Assembly: GCA_964247055.1 (NCBI GenBank)
Contig: OZ176051.1
Span: forward strand, 11,904,001 to 11,968,000
Source of the DNA: Paragordius varius
Taxonomy: Eukaryota > Animalia > Nematomorpha
Direction: 5' to 3'
DNA: 64,000 nt
Shown here: positions 13,455 to 27,479 of the stretch, one piece after another
How positions within the stretch are numbered: the stretch's first letter is position 1
Layout: each line of letters starts with the position of its first letter
Translations under genes and position numbers: made by a program
Notes under the pieces: generated by a model
Seen by the model: only the letters and a program-made list of their open reading frames with translations
Database searches by the model: none
Told to the model about the DNA's origin: nothing

Positions 13455-15036
13455 ATGAACCGCGTTATATTTATATTAACCATCAACTTTTTTAAAGTTG
13501 TTTTAATCCTTACAAAAGTAAGCGAGTCAGCAAAAAATCAAAAGCTGCCCCCCATATCCTATGATGAACAATCAAATTTTGGGGCAAAACAACCCTCAAA
13601 TGGCATCAAAATTGATAATAATTTAAATTGTATTCAAACGAAAAAATTTGTGGAACAATACTCTCCTTCACAACGTATATCAATTCAATATTCTCAAAAT
13701 CTGAAAAGTATATATACATATATAGTTATTTATATATATATTACATAATGAAATCCGATGCGATGATGCTGTCATGTGCTATTAACAATTTCCATTTTTA
13801 TGCAAATATCACATTTTTAGTTTAATTCCGTATGTTTACTAATCTCTATTTTATAATGATAACGAATCCCTTGTTTTGTTGTTAAATGGCTCTTATAAAA
13901 TATGTTGCTCTGATTTATAAAATAATTTTCTAAAATAGTGGATAGAGATAGACAAAACACTCTTACAAATGATGTTTAATATGTAATAACTAACACTTTT
14001 GTACGCTTCCTGTACAAAAAAAGTAAATTTATGCATTTATCGTTTGTATAAAAGGTAACAAACTGCACACAAGATTGCTTTTTTTCTATTTTATTAGAAA
14101 CACATTTCATTACAAATATATTTTTTATCATCTGTGGAAAATCGCTTTCATATAATCCAGCAGAAATCATAAATATTTTTTTACTTTTTTTTGAATATAG
14201 TAAGAAATTTAATATTCAGAGAGTGAGTATCTTTTAAATTAAGTATGTATAAAACACTTACGTATTTAATACATCAGGCGAAAATTACCAAGGCGATTTC
14301 GTCTAAAAAACAAAATTTAATTTATGCCTTTTCAACAAAATTTTCAGACACATAAATATTGTATTTTAAATTTTTTAAACGGGAAACTATAGTTGCATTA
14401 AAAACATCTCAAAATGTTTTATTTTGGTTTTACATGGCAAAATGTAACGATATCTCTTATTGGCCATTACGGTTTTTTAGCTTAAGTTAATTTAATTTTG
14501 TAAGCGAAATATTCAATCGAAATTATGAATAAAAATAAGTAGCGCCTGGTCCCAATGAAATATTATGTTGACTAATTTTAATCCAATATATATCATACAA
14601 GCTAACCGACATTAAAAACCACTTTAGGTTGTTAAAAGACAAAAATGGTCAATAATAGTTTCCGTTACTGTATTTTTTGACTTATTTTTATGTTATTGTA
14701 TGCAAAAACCACTATATTTGTTTTGAGATTCATGAAAAAAGTGTTATAGATATTTTTTATTTAAGTGATTTTATATCTATAGAAGCCATCGCGATTTCAT
14801 TTATTCCATAAGTTTAAACCCTAATTCTTGCTATCGTTATAAGTTGAAAATGTCGCAAAATAGTGCAAATAATCAGATGTTTCCCAAAATATTGTATAAA
14901 TAATGGGTTTATAGAATTCTCTTACCATAGTATTTATATATTTGTGGCCTTAATCCATCACAAAAATCTAATAAATACAAGAGGCTTTTAGTGTACAATT
15001 GACATCTTTTTCCTATAAAATTAAAAACACGTACTC

Positions 15037-15072
<36 letters not shown>

Positions 15073-18000
15073 CATAATTGTTAGAATACGGTAATTGATT
15101 TTGACATATTTTTGCAATTATATATAGTTTGAAATTATTTTATAAATTTTATCACTAATAGATAATGGTATGTGCCCGCATATTAGTCAAAAATCGACTA
15201 GACCACAACCATCCTGCTGTGATTTGGAAACCGAAAATTTGATTGCTGATAAAAAGTTGGAAACGTTAGAACAAAACACTCAAGATATTATATCAGGGTT
15301 GCATATAGAACTTGAAAAAACAGCACAAAATTTTAAAAGTTTCTAAACACACATATAATTTCATTTAACTTATAAATATATTTTTTAGGGTTTTGACGGC
15401 TTAAGAATTCATTTATTTAAATTCATCAACAAATTATTTATTTCAGTTTTTTTATATTTCATTTTATATCTCATAAAAAGCTTGAACATAACCATTAACA
15501 CTTCGATTCGAATTGGGGTATCTAAAGAGCCCAAGCTCCATCTAAGTTAATATTTTTAAAAAATAATTGAAAGAAATGGTTCCATATAGATTCATGCTTC
15601 TATTCTAATAAAATTATACAAATATGCCAAAATATCTATTCATTTTGAAAAAATATATCAAACTAATTCTCGACGCCATACAACATTTTGGCAAGATATC
15701 GTGTTTTTTTGATTTTTTATTTAAATTACATCTAACATTGAGAAAGAAAAAAAGTGGATTATTTTGCATTATTTTAATATTTAGCTAATGCTCACATGTC
15801 ATTTTGACTAAATTTTTACCTTGAGGTTTATAGTTTTTAAACGAATCTTTTGGGCCCTTAAATACCCTAATTTGAATCGGAGGACTGAAATAAATGTGTG
15901 TCTTTCAAATGTAACATACAGTTAAATAAAATAATCTTTCAATCAAATATGGAAATATTATAGGTATATATATAAAATTTTAGAGTAAATTGATAGATGA
16001 AAATAGGAAAAAATTTCATTTTTAGTCTCAATGATGTCTGGCTAAAATCTTGATTTCATAGTTCTACAAATGAAATGTCATTTCAAAAGAAATTATTATC
16101 CAATATATTAAAGGATACTTATTTTCTATAACAGTTACGTTGTTTGTTGTAAATTATTTTGTAATCATACAATTTGAATATAATTTTATTTGACTTTTAA
16201 TTAAATTAAACCAAACGATAATTTAAAGGATTATCAATTCATCATATATGACCAAAAAAATTAATATATATGCTAATAACTTGTTAATATATAACTTTTA
16301 TTTAATCATGTAAAATGTATAAATTTATTTTGTAACACTATATATGAGATAAATGACTTGTTCAAAAAAGTTAATATATATATATATATGATTTCATTAA
16401 AAGTTAACATAAAATAATGTAAATTTAAAATAAATATTGTATAAGTGACCCAATCAATAATTTTGCATTGATAAATAATTTATTTCAGATGTGCTGATAC
16501 ACTCACTCAAAACGTCAGGTCTTAACCTTAACAATGTATTTAACCGTACTTATGGGATGTTATATGCTCGTAATTCCGATCTATTTCTCAATCTTTTTCG
16601 ACACTTAACCCTAACACCACATGAGCAAGAACCCGAGAGGGCTTTAACAAATTTTTTTCAAGATTTATATGCCCGCACATTTGAGCTCTTAAATGTACAA
16701 TACAATGTGGCTTCTGATACGCCCTATGGGGATTGTGTTAAATCGACCTACAATGAATTTCGACCATTTGCGTCCATCAGTAAAGCAACAAGTGGTGTTG
16801 TCCAACAACACCTTAAACCAGGTGCAAAAACGATGTTGAATCAAAATGGCGTGAGAAAAAAACGACAAACCAAGGATGGTAGGATTTTACAACAAAATAG
16901 TTTTGATTCTGTGTAAAATTTGAGTTTTTTTATGTTATTTTGGGGTTAGTGAAGGAAAAATTATAAACTACTTTTAATAAATCTAAAAAACACATTTTAT
17001 GGAAATCGGAGATGGAGCTAATATTTTAAGGGTTTTACCAAAGTTTTGAATCTGTAAATACCCAAAAATATATCATAAATCATAAATGTTTCCCTGCAAT
17101 ATAGAGTGATTGTAATAATAAATTTTTTGCTATCAAAGATAGTATGATGATACTTTCATAAGTGAAAATCAATAGTTGTGATTTCAAGCGTATAAAAATT
17201 ATGTTTATCCATTATATGTAGGACAATTTTTAATATTAGATGTGGAGACTACATACTTTAATGTAATTAGCAATATATAGGAATATGTTTTAATTATATT
17301 TTATTCCAAATATATGTCATTTAAAACAATCATTTATATTGATGTTTTGTTTTTTCACCTTACAGAAAAGTTTTTAGATACCAACCGTTTACGTCAAAAT
17401 CGGGTACCGTTATCACAAAATAATCCCCAGATATTTTCCCAACATAATCAACACAATTATCATCATCAACAACAAAGTAATGTTAAACTGCAACATAGTA
17501 AACGACAAAATATGAGAAGAATGAGTAACACGGTAAAAAACCGAAACAAATTTGATAATAATCAACAAAAAGAACCAAACATGTTAAATGCGAAGAGGGT
17601 GGAGGACCCAGCCCATGAAATTATAACTAAACTTAGTCGGGCCCTTAATAGCGCAAAAGCTTGTATAAATGCTCTCACCCGAATCTCTAACCTTATTTCC
17701 ATTGTTGGCACCGGAGAGAAAAATAATCAACGCGCTCAGAATAATGGTTTATCATGGGTTAAACAAGTAATTTTTGTTTTAATTGGTGATATGTGATTGC
17801 TTAAAAGTCTATTGGAATTTATTGATTTTGTTTTTTTAATTGCGAAACGCAAGCTTGCTAAATATTCTGTATGACCGCGTTTTATAATAACAACCAAATT
17901 TGTAACAAACGGCGACTGATTATATACGAAAGACTATTATTTTAATCATTAATTTGTAATATAAAGATAAAAAATTAATACCCCGAACTGGAATCTAAAA

Positions 18001-18865
18001 CGGTGCGGTGGCAATCTAATTTTGTTATATTTAAATTATTTAATAACAAGAACATACATAAAAGACTATTTTTTCATAAAGTACATAATTCATGTTAGAT
18101 CCTTATAAAATTTTAAATATCTTTTATTATTACAATAGCGAAGTATAAAATTGAGTGTGGTGATACACCAATTTAAACATTACTTTTTTGCATGAACGAT
18201 ATAGGGTTCATCCAAAAATTTAGGGTTAAGTAAATATGACTTTTACGAAAACATTACTTTTCTATGTTTTTTAATTTTTACTGCCCAATTCAATTAAGGT
18301 TTTTCGTTCCGACCATTCGATTCGGACATCTATTATGAAACTTTGGGGCTGTTCTATATGTCAACCCTCAAATATTTCCACAAATATTTTGCCTGAGGTG
18401 TGTTCCCCTTTTTGTCGCGACATTATTGGACATTCAATGCAAAGCTTCAAGGAATTGGATTCACCATGGACCAGGCTTATAAGTAGGAGAGTTTAGCTCT
18501 AAAAATCAATTATTTAGATATCAAAGTTTTTTTAAAGTCTTTAAGTCGAATGTGTTTTATTAAAGTAGGCAGATTTTTGCGACAAAATATAGCGCGGTAG
18601 TGAGAAAAATCGTTTTAGGAAATTGGGAAATTATTTGCAAATTATGGTAATTTTACAATAAAAATACCTATACGTCTTTACCATTAGCATGTATTAGACT
18701 TTTTGTCTGTATCAATATCTTTTATATCACACACATAGTTAATGAAATTTCTTTAAAAATTTTGGGAATACTTCAATAAATACATATCTTTGTTCTTGTA
18801 CGAAGCATAATGAATCTTATGGCGTTTCTAAAAATGGCTATGTAATAATTTTAGTAATTATATCC

Positions 18866-18896
<31 letters not shown>

Positions 18897-21800
18897 ATGG
18901 TAACTTTTTTTATTGATTTTTGTGACCAAAACAACATAGACTTACCACACTAAAAGGTTCGGTAAATACTATATATATGTACATGTACTTTATCTTATTT
19001 TGGTATGTCGAAAGGAGGGGGGACTCGTTTTCGCTTTTATTAAACCTTTTTTAATTTAGAAAATGTATGATAAATCTATTCCTTTTTAGGTGAATTAATG
19101 ACACTGGTAAAACGCCTACAGAGTACACTAAATTTGAACGATATCATTGGTACGCTGGATGTTAAAATATCTGAGGCCATTATGAATTTCCAGGAAAATG
19201 CGATGATATTTTCTTCACAAGTAGTACAGTCTATTTAATAACGGAAAAAATTAAAATGATTAGCATTTAGAAAACAAAATTTTTCGGAATATACAGTTAA
19301 AATTGAAATTATATGGACAAAACGTAAAAATATAAAGACAAATATTTTTTTCTAAAAGACAACTATACTTTCTTAAAATCTAATTTTATAATAACTCATT
19401 GTTTCATATTGAAATTATAGAATTAATAAGTATATTGGTGACACAATCAATTATATATTTTTAAATTGTAATTATAGTATTTATATTAGAATAATTAAGG
19501 TTTAAAAAAGTATGGTTGTCTTTTTGAAAAAAATATTTGCAGTTTTTACTGTAAATTAAAAATATATGAAACCCTAGATTTTCAAGAAATGTGGACAGCC
19601 TACGCTTAAAGCGTATTCATCTTCTATGTTTTCGGGAATCTCATCATCCATCGAAGATTGGAAACGTTTTGAACAACAATTCCCACCCACAAACTCTACA
19701 ACAAGTAATTATTTTATATCAAAAGTTTTTTTAATAAAATTACTTAATATATATATATATATATATATTACTTTGTAAAATAAATCATTTAATTATCGTA
19801 TATGGGCCTAAAAAGTGACCATGATGGGTTTGATTATGAATAGATTACACGACTGTATCCGTGCTTTAAAATAATCAGTCATTTTTTGACATAATTTGTG
19901 AAGGGTCGAAGCCCAATTTTAGTGAAATATTTGTGGAAAAAGTGGATTTTAATTAATTTTAATTTTTGAGTTAAACTTTAAACATCCATAAAAAACAAGT
20001 TATGCAGGGTCAGTTTCTATTAAATTCACGATTATCTTAATTTTTTATGAATATTTAAATGGAATAGTTAGGCTTATCTCACATTAATGAGCTAAATAAT
20101 TTTAACAAAGTAGATATTCGGTAAATACACCTAGCAAGTAATCCTGCAATCCTTTAATGACATTTATATTAATTATTGTGCACTTTCAATATTAGATAAT
20201 ATAAATCTGGATGATTCACTCATCCAAATCCAAGATTTGCTGGAAAATGCCCAACATTTTTGGGTAGAAATGAAAGATTCGCTTGTTATAGAGTTGTGTC
20301 CAATGTTTTTCCATTCAAAGTCTCCTAAAGCAGCTAAAAAACCACAACAACTAAAAAACAACAAACAACAAAGAAACTATGTGTTAAAAGAAAAAACTTC
20401 TATAGCTCCCGATAACACGGAAAATGTGTGTTGGAACGGTTTTGAATACCAACCCAAAAAGTATGCACATTACCTTGAATAAAGAAAATTTAGGGCGCTG
20501 ATTTTTAAATAGTAAAATTTATAAATTTTTTATTAGCCTGAATCTCAGTACTATATCACAAACATATTTAACATCACTCTCCTCAAGTCAACAAACATTA
20601 ATGAGTGGTAGCAATATTGTAAAACAAAACTTATTAAATACGATGAAATACATCATGTTGGATACGGCTGATCTCTTGCAGAAGTCACACCAAAACATAT
20701 TTATCCCAATCCCCACAACTGGTAGTATATAAATTAGTAATAATTATCAAGTTATTGATAGCTATTGCAATTTTTTTGAATCCTAAATATAAGTATAATA
20801 AGTTAGTTATGAATAAAGATTGGAGTTTTTGTTTTAATTATGATGAGTAAAACTCGAGTAACACATATTTATATTGTATTTATAAGTGGTTAAGGGAATT
20901 ACTATTTTACTAATACCCTTTTTAGAAAAGAATGATAATATCTGAATATTTATAAAAACAGAAACCTAAACATCTGTGATGTTGCAAGTTTTATATAATA
21001 AAATATTTTGCTTTCGAATATTAAATATATAAAACAATACACCTTAATAACAAATATTTTAAAAAACGTTTTTAGACAAACCGCCAGAGTCAGCTGTTTT
21101 GCCCATCAAAAAACCGCTCAAAATAGTAGATGATGAAGATTCAGGTTTATATATTTACAATCGATAATTAAATTTGGATATTTTCATTCGTATTAAATTA
21201 ATAGCAACTTTAGTTTGGCTTACATTAGTTTAATTTAAAATCGTTTAATATCGCCTTAAATATAGGTTTCGGCTTGTTTAAATAAATTATTTTTGTAATT
21301 CTATTTTTGTAATTCGACAATGTGTTAAAAAACTTGGAGTATAACTATTTTTGACTAAATTGCTAATCTAGCACCCGCATACAGACAATTATTAATAATA
21401 TGTAAGTTAAGAGATTCCCAGTATTTTTTATATAATTGTGTGATTTTTTAGTTTTAGGGAGTGGTTCAGGCATGATTCCCTTCAATATACATTCTTCGAA
21501 AGTTGTTTTACCACTTAAGACAGTGCATGATGCAGACATGAATAATGATCGAATTTCACCCAATATTACATTAGGCAAATCAAAGGCACAGTTACCCAAA
21601 ATTATAAGTTATGGGGAAACGAGTAAAAAACCAGGGAAAAACGTTATAGCATTACCAGACGAAGAGTCACCACCAAGTAAAAATAATGTTGAACATATCG
21701 ATGAAGCCATAGAAGGATCAGGTATGGGCCAAGATTTTAGTTCCCAAACTACTAAAAAAACCGCAACATCCAATACAGTTCTAACAAAAAGTAATAAGGA

Positions 21801-22092
21801 AATTCAATTTCCAGGCATGATATCACCACGTTTAATACCAAAAAGACCCTACGAAGATGTGACAGTCCCCAATAATTCAGTCAGGACCCATAAAGATTCA
21901 GTGTATGTGAACTATAAAAATGGGAAAATACCACCAGATGATATCATTGATAATCGCATTTCAAATTATTTACTAGGAGACGGGCCTACGGGCGAAAAAA
22001 CGGTTAAAAGAGCTGCAAACGCAAAAACTGCCCCTCTTATATATAGATTTGCTTACACGGTTTTCATGTTGGGTGTCGCGTTAGTACCCTAG
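13455..22092 (+). CDS. GPC: Glypican (GPI-anchored heparan sulfate proteoglycan), 11 exons, ~938 aa
   Basis: Exons 13455-13707, 15162-15338, 16489-16878, 17366-17766, 18299-18482, 19090-19220, 19578-19704, 20196-20460, 20537-20721, 21076-21144 and 21458-22092 all join in frame (2817 nt). Features: signal peptide; CP...SCC; VFNRTYGMLY...YGDCV...RPF; MKLWGCSIC...C..FC; LDVKISEAIMNFQEN|IFKKCG; CWNG; GAG site DDEDSGSGSG; hydrophobic GPI-type C-terminus. Confidence 0.93.
15041..15068. repeat. (TA)n microsatellite; others at ~7615-7655, 18873-18895, 19748-19768, 22685-22742 and 62969-62994
   Basis: TATATA runs seen directly in the sequence. Confidence 0.95.
19294..19551. mobile_element. Tc1/mariner-type MITE, copy 2 (glypican intron 6)
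   Basis: TA|CAGTTAAAATTGAAATTATATGGACAAAACGTAAAAATATA...TTTTTACTG|TA. Same family as 5769-6037. Confidence 0.85.
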
Positions 22093-22688
22093 AATGAAAA
22101 TGATCAATAGTCAACTTAAATATGAAATTTTATTAGTTACTATAAATTTCATAGAAAATTTTATGGAAACATTCTTCTTGACAAACTTATTAGTGATTTA
22201 TTGATTAATACTTGATCAATATGACATTCCTTAGGACTTTGACTTGGAAATGATTTTTGGATCTCTCATCTACACAAAACGCATTTCGATTTTATTTAAT
22301 TTAGTAAATTTAATTAATTATATTAAATAATTTGGTGTAAATAATTTAATATTCTTGCACATATTAAATTAAATAAATTAATTGTTAATGTATATATATG
22401 TGTAAAATGTATAATTATCGTAATGATAACAATATTTAAGGATAGATGGCTGGTTTTTAACCCTGATATGTTACGTATTTATAATTCGTATAAATTCCGC
22501 TTATTTATCATAGATTCAAAATATCGTTTGTTACTTAATTGTATTTTGGAATAGTTATCTATTCTTGATTTGAAAAATCTACGATATTGGGCTAAAATTA
22601 TACATATGCATTCTATGGCAGGCTTAAAATTTTTTTCAAAGAAAAAAACTAATATTCTCCAACCTTTTGCAGTCATTTTTTTAGGTAT

Positions 22689-22731
<43 letters not shown>

Positions 22732-24841
22732 TATATATATATTTAACATTTAATTATAATAAAAAATATGATCTTTAAATGTAATCACTATTTCATTACC
22801 TTTTAAGATAGTTTCTCGATTTCGAATTTTATATCAATAAAATTTATGATACATTAATGAAAATATACATTCTAAGGTTCAAAATGTAAAATTGAAAATA
22901 CTCTTCCTCACTTTTAGCCGTCATTTAAAAAATTAAAACTGGCGGATAAAGATATATAATGGTTAAAAATATAATTAACTTGAAAATGCTTTTGATTAGA
23001 TTTTGCAAGAAATTTTTTTTATAATCTGCTGCTTGCTTTAAGTAGATTTCACAGGCGTCGTAAGCCTTTTCACCACATAAAATTGGACGGGCCGGATTTT
23101 ATAAGGTAAACAAGTAACCATTAATTACAATAAACAATGCTGTCACTCAAGTTTTTTGCATTTTCTTATATTTACTATTATTTTAACAGTAAATCTTAAA
23201 AAAAAATATAATTCACCTAAGAATTTTGTAGTTTAATTTTTAATTATGCGCATCTTTATCAAAATTAAAATCAAAAATGTTTTTCTTTGAAAATATACAA
23301 TAAATGCCCATTTGTAATATACCATTCGAAAGAGTAATCCAAACTCTATAAAATGCATATTAATATGTTTTACATCAATAGGTAATATTGGACATATGAA
23401 GCGACAAACGCGCGAAGCGAGAGCGTTTTTTAATTAATATTTTTAATACTTAAGGATAAAAATAGCTCAAACTTTGTCTAGATGACAATGAAAGTAAAGG
23501 TAACACGAAAGTTTTTTGATTAACGCACTTATTTTTTATTTTTATGCCATTCAAAAGAGCTATTTTTAAGTTTTTTTAAAAAAAATACCATCTCAACATA
23601 TTAATTTTTGGGAGGCTTATAATTTCGAAATTTCAAAGACTAAAAACAAAGTTTAAGTTTTATATTGTGTAATAAATTTAGTTAGAACTATGCATTTCAT
23701 ATCCATTAGGTAAAATTATTTTGGTAATACTATTTTAAAAAAGCTAACCAAAAGCTTTTAAACAGATTTTTAAATTTTTTAATATAACCCTAATAATTAT
23801 ATTAAAATAATTATGATTTTTAAATCGAAGTATAGTTATTAGCGCTCTTTAAAAAAATACATGGCTGTATATCTAAAACTTTTAATTTAGAAAATTTCGT
23901 ATTTAATGTTAAATCAGGATCAAAAATTATCGATAAACCCTAATTGAAAAAAATTCTTAGGTGTTAGACCATTTTTTTAGGTTTACTATTTATGTACTTT
24001 AATGAAATAAATTTTAGATTTACAATAATGGCGGTTAAAAAAAGTCAAAATTTGTTGTCTAATGTTATATTAGTTTCAAATAGAAAAAAATTACAGTAAA
24101 CACTATTTTTGCTTGTTATTCCATTTACAAAATTTAGAAAAACTTTTAATATCATTATGAATTTATATATATCCTACGATCTACATATGATTTTATATAA
24201 ATTCTATTTAAAGAGTTTTTACCGGTTTAAATTAAATTTACATATCTTTGTTTCCAAAATGTATTGAAAATTGATAATAAAATGCCAGTATCCATTACCT
24301 CACACTAAATTAAAGATATCAACCTTAAAGCTATGGTATAAATTCCATACATATCAATAATCTATCAATATCAAAACTCATATGCACAGGATTACGAGCG
24401 TTTATGATAGACCAATTAGATTCGACCAAAGTTTTTATTATTATTTCTGGTAGATGTTGAAAAATCTTTTCATGCTATATTATAATTACTCACATTTTGT
24501 AATTTCATCTCGAATAAATAATTTCAGTGACTGGCTAGATCTGAGACTTAATTAAAAACCATAATGATAATATTATTTCTCCAAGGGAAATATTGATCCA
24601 ATATCTCATTCAGGCGACGGCACATCTTGTACAATACAAAAAACAAAGGGCTAGCCGGCAAATGATTCATGCAAAATTTTACAAGGCATCACAAGACTAT
24701 TAGAAAAATTCTAAGATCAACCAAACCAAAATTTTAAATTATTTAATTCCAAGCTAGAGACTAGTTGGAATTATGCTTAATAAAACACTTAAAAATAATT
24801 TATGCAACGCATAATTAAATATAGATTTATTAATCAACAAA

Positions 24842-27015
24842 CTATTTTGAAACTTGGGCCTTCTTAGCGGTAGATTTCGTTCCAGTTTTCTTCTATAATC
24901 ATATAAAAAATTATGATAAGGATGAACATACTTAAAAATTATAGTGAAGTTACAAATTAAAAAAAAAACTTCACCTCAGTCCTTGCTTTTTCAGCTCTGA
25001 GCTTTTCTTTACCCGATTTATGTGTTTTATTGTAAGCCAAACGACGCAAAACCTTGTAATACGGATTCAGTCTAACCATAATCTGTGAATGTTTAAGTGG
25101 GTTCCTTCTAACCCGTTTGACATGTATAAAGCCTTTGCGAGCTGGTCGGCGTTCAATGGCACTTTGAACTTCGTCACTCTTTATAATGGCACGAATGTTT
25201 GTGTTCGTCATCATTGGTAGGGGTAAACTTGTTAATATAAAAAGAAATAACTTGAGTTTAGCGTCTTAACTGTAAGAAAATTAAAAATTAATACCAGTCA
25301 AAAATTGATATATATTATGTTATAAACTAATGGTTAAAACTTTGAAAAAGCTATCTTTAAGATGTTTTTTTTGTAGATTAGGTCATTAATAAAATCAATT
25401 CAATGTTATTTAAGAATGTTTATAGCAACTATGGAAATATGGTTGTTAGTAAATGGTTATGACTGTGTAAATGACTATATTTTTTATCGATTATAAATTA
25501 AAAGCAAACCCATAATCAAAAACTTACCTAAATCCTTTCTTCAATTTGGATGGTGACTTAAAGGTGCCAAAAATGGTATCCAACATCTTGAAAGCACTCT
25601 CAGTCCAAATGATAAAACGCCCAAGTTTACCACCAGGTGCAACCTTTCGCAAACTCATCTTATGAACATTCATAACCTCAACACCTAATTTAAAGCAGTA
25701 AGGATTAAATTACAAAAGATTATTAATTTTACAATCATGGTTCTTATTATCTACTGAAATTGTAAAGTAGTTATGACCACAAAGCTTTTTACTCAATCCA
25801 TAACATTTTATACACATTCAAATGATTTTTACCAAATAAAACAAATATTAAGACGCGTTGTATGTTGAAGAGCCATAATTATGTTTAAAGCAAAACATCC
25901 ATTGCTTACTTAATATATGTGATGCATTTTAAGTTATTGTAAAAAATTAAAGGATATTGGTAAAACGTACCTGGTATATTTCCGAAAGCGCGTTTTATTC
26001 CCTTATCCTGATGATAAATGACTAAGGGTCCCAATTTTTGCTTATGTCTACGGTTTCTCATTTTACCCTTTCCGGCCCGATATCGCTTAGATTCTTTTAC
26101 CTTAAAGTCAAAATATTTAGGGTAAAAATAATATAAGTTTACAAAAATTTATCAAATGTTATAAAAAAAACCTTTTCTACATCCGACCATGCTCTGATAG
26201 CTCGCAACATACCGACCGCTTGTTTTGTCTTTTCATAACTCTGGATCTTATCTGATACTACTAACGGAAGTTCAGGTATTTCATCAATTAAATGTCCTAA
26301 ATGTGATAAGACAAAAGTAAAGATAATATTCTCAAAATAAAAATAAATATACGTGTAAAATTAAATTTAAGTGCTGAAAACCATATAAAACTGCAATTTT
26401 TAAGGAGTTAAAGCATATAAAATCAAACCTTTTGCCATAACTAGAGCAGGCATCGCCGAACCGGCTACAGCAGATGCCAGAGCATATCGCCTTTGTGGTT
26501 TATTGATGCGATGATGCCATTTCCGCCAAACTTTGGTGGGAGAATACATATGTCCGCCGCGACACATGTTACCATAAGCACCTTGACCTGAACGATGAGT
26601 TCCACCCCCTCTAACTCTAGGAATACGAGCAACGGCTCGACCAGTTCCCCATGATTCAGCCGATGTTTGATGACCTATAATTGAGTATAATTTTTGAGGG
26701 TTGATAAATTTTAAATATAGTAATAATATTCAGATGGTACAGTTGTAATCAAGCGTATTTATCATAAACACGGACCAGATATCATCATATTTTTATTTAC
26801 GCATAAATATACCTGCTTTTTTGGATACAGCATAGGGTTGGCGTGAATTCAGCATCATTTGATCATGTACAAATTGAACAAGATCAGGCCTAAGAGGAGC
26901 TCTGAAAACTGCAGGCATTTTAATGGCTTTCCCTGAACTCTCATTTTTATCAGAGTAAACAGACACCAAAGGCCTTGCTAAGGTGGTCTAAAATATAATA
27001 TAATAGGTATACCAT
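24842..27015 (-). CDS. RPL4: 60S ribosomal protein L4 (uL4), 8 exons, 379 aa
   Basis: Exons (minus) 27015-27013 (ATG only), 26987-26813, 26674-26429, 26296-26172, 26100-25971, 25684-25528, 25227-24975 and 24892-24842. Motifs: [94 protein letters not shown]...RLNPY. Confidence 0.98.
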
Positions 27016-27479
27016 ATCGCAGGAAATAAACCTTTAAAAATAATCAGCTGTATAAATTATTTTCTTGCTAAAATTGGTTATCTTTACTGAATGTTAGATT
27101 TTAATTTTGCGAATAATAATGCAATATATATTAAAAATTTAAACCATTAATATTATTATAATGTAAAATTTTTATCTATTTTAACATGAGTGATTAAAAA
27201 TAAAGGCTAATTATATTTTTGCAATCAATTTATATATTTAACATTAGATACAGCAATTTATTTTAGTCCTCCAATTAAAATTGGGGTCTTTTGGGAGACC
27301 AGATCTGTATAATCTAATACTTCAGATATGGAACAAATCGTGACCATTGTCAAAGTTTGCACTTAGATAACAACATAATAATGCAAAATAGCCCAAAACT
27401 TCTTTAAGCGCTATAATCATAACCAATACTAGCACGAAGTTTAAACTTCTAAATCAACTTTAATAGAAAACAGTTATTT

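Noticed and set aside
13100-13486. 128-aa minus-strand ORF overlapping the glypican start
   Set aside because: No homology recognised, and the candidate next exon hits stops in all phases. Probably a chance AT-rich ORF.
22400-24760. Scattered exon-like stretches between glypican and RPL4
   Set aside because: I could not build a frame-consistent model on either strand and recognised no motifs. A gene with tiny introns remains possible and needs RNA-seq.
24957-24974. RPL4 alternative C-terminus (…TEVKFFF*) by intron retention
   Set aside because: A canonical downstream exon ([16 protein letters not shown]) gives the expected basic tail. There is no evidence for retention.
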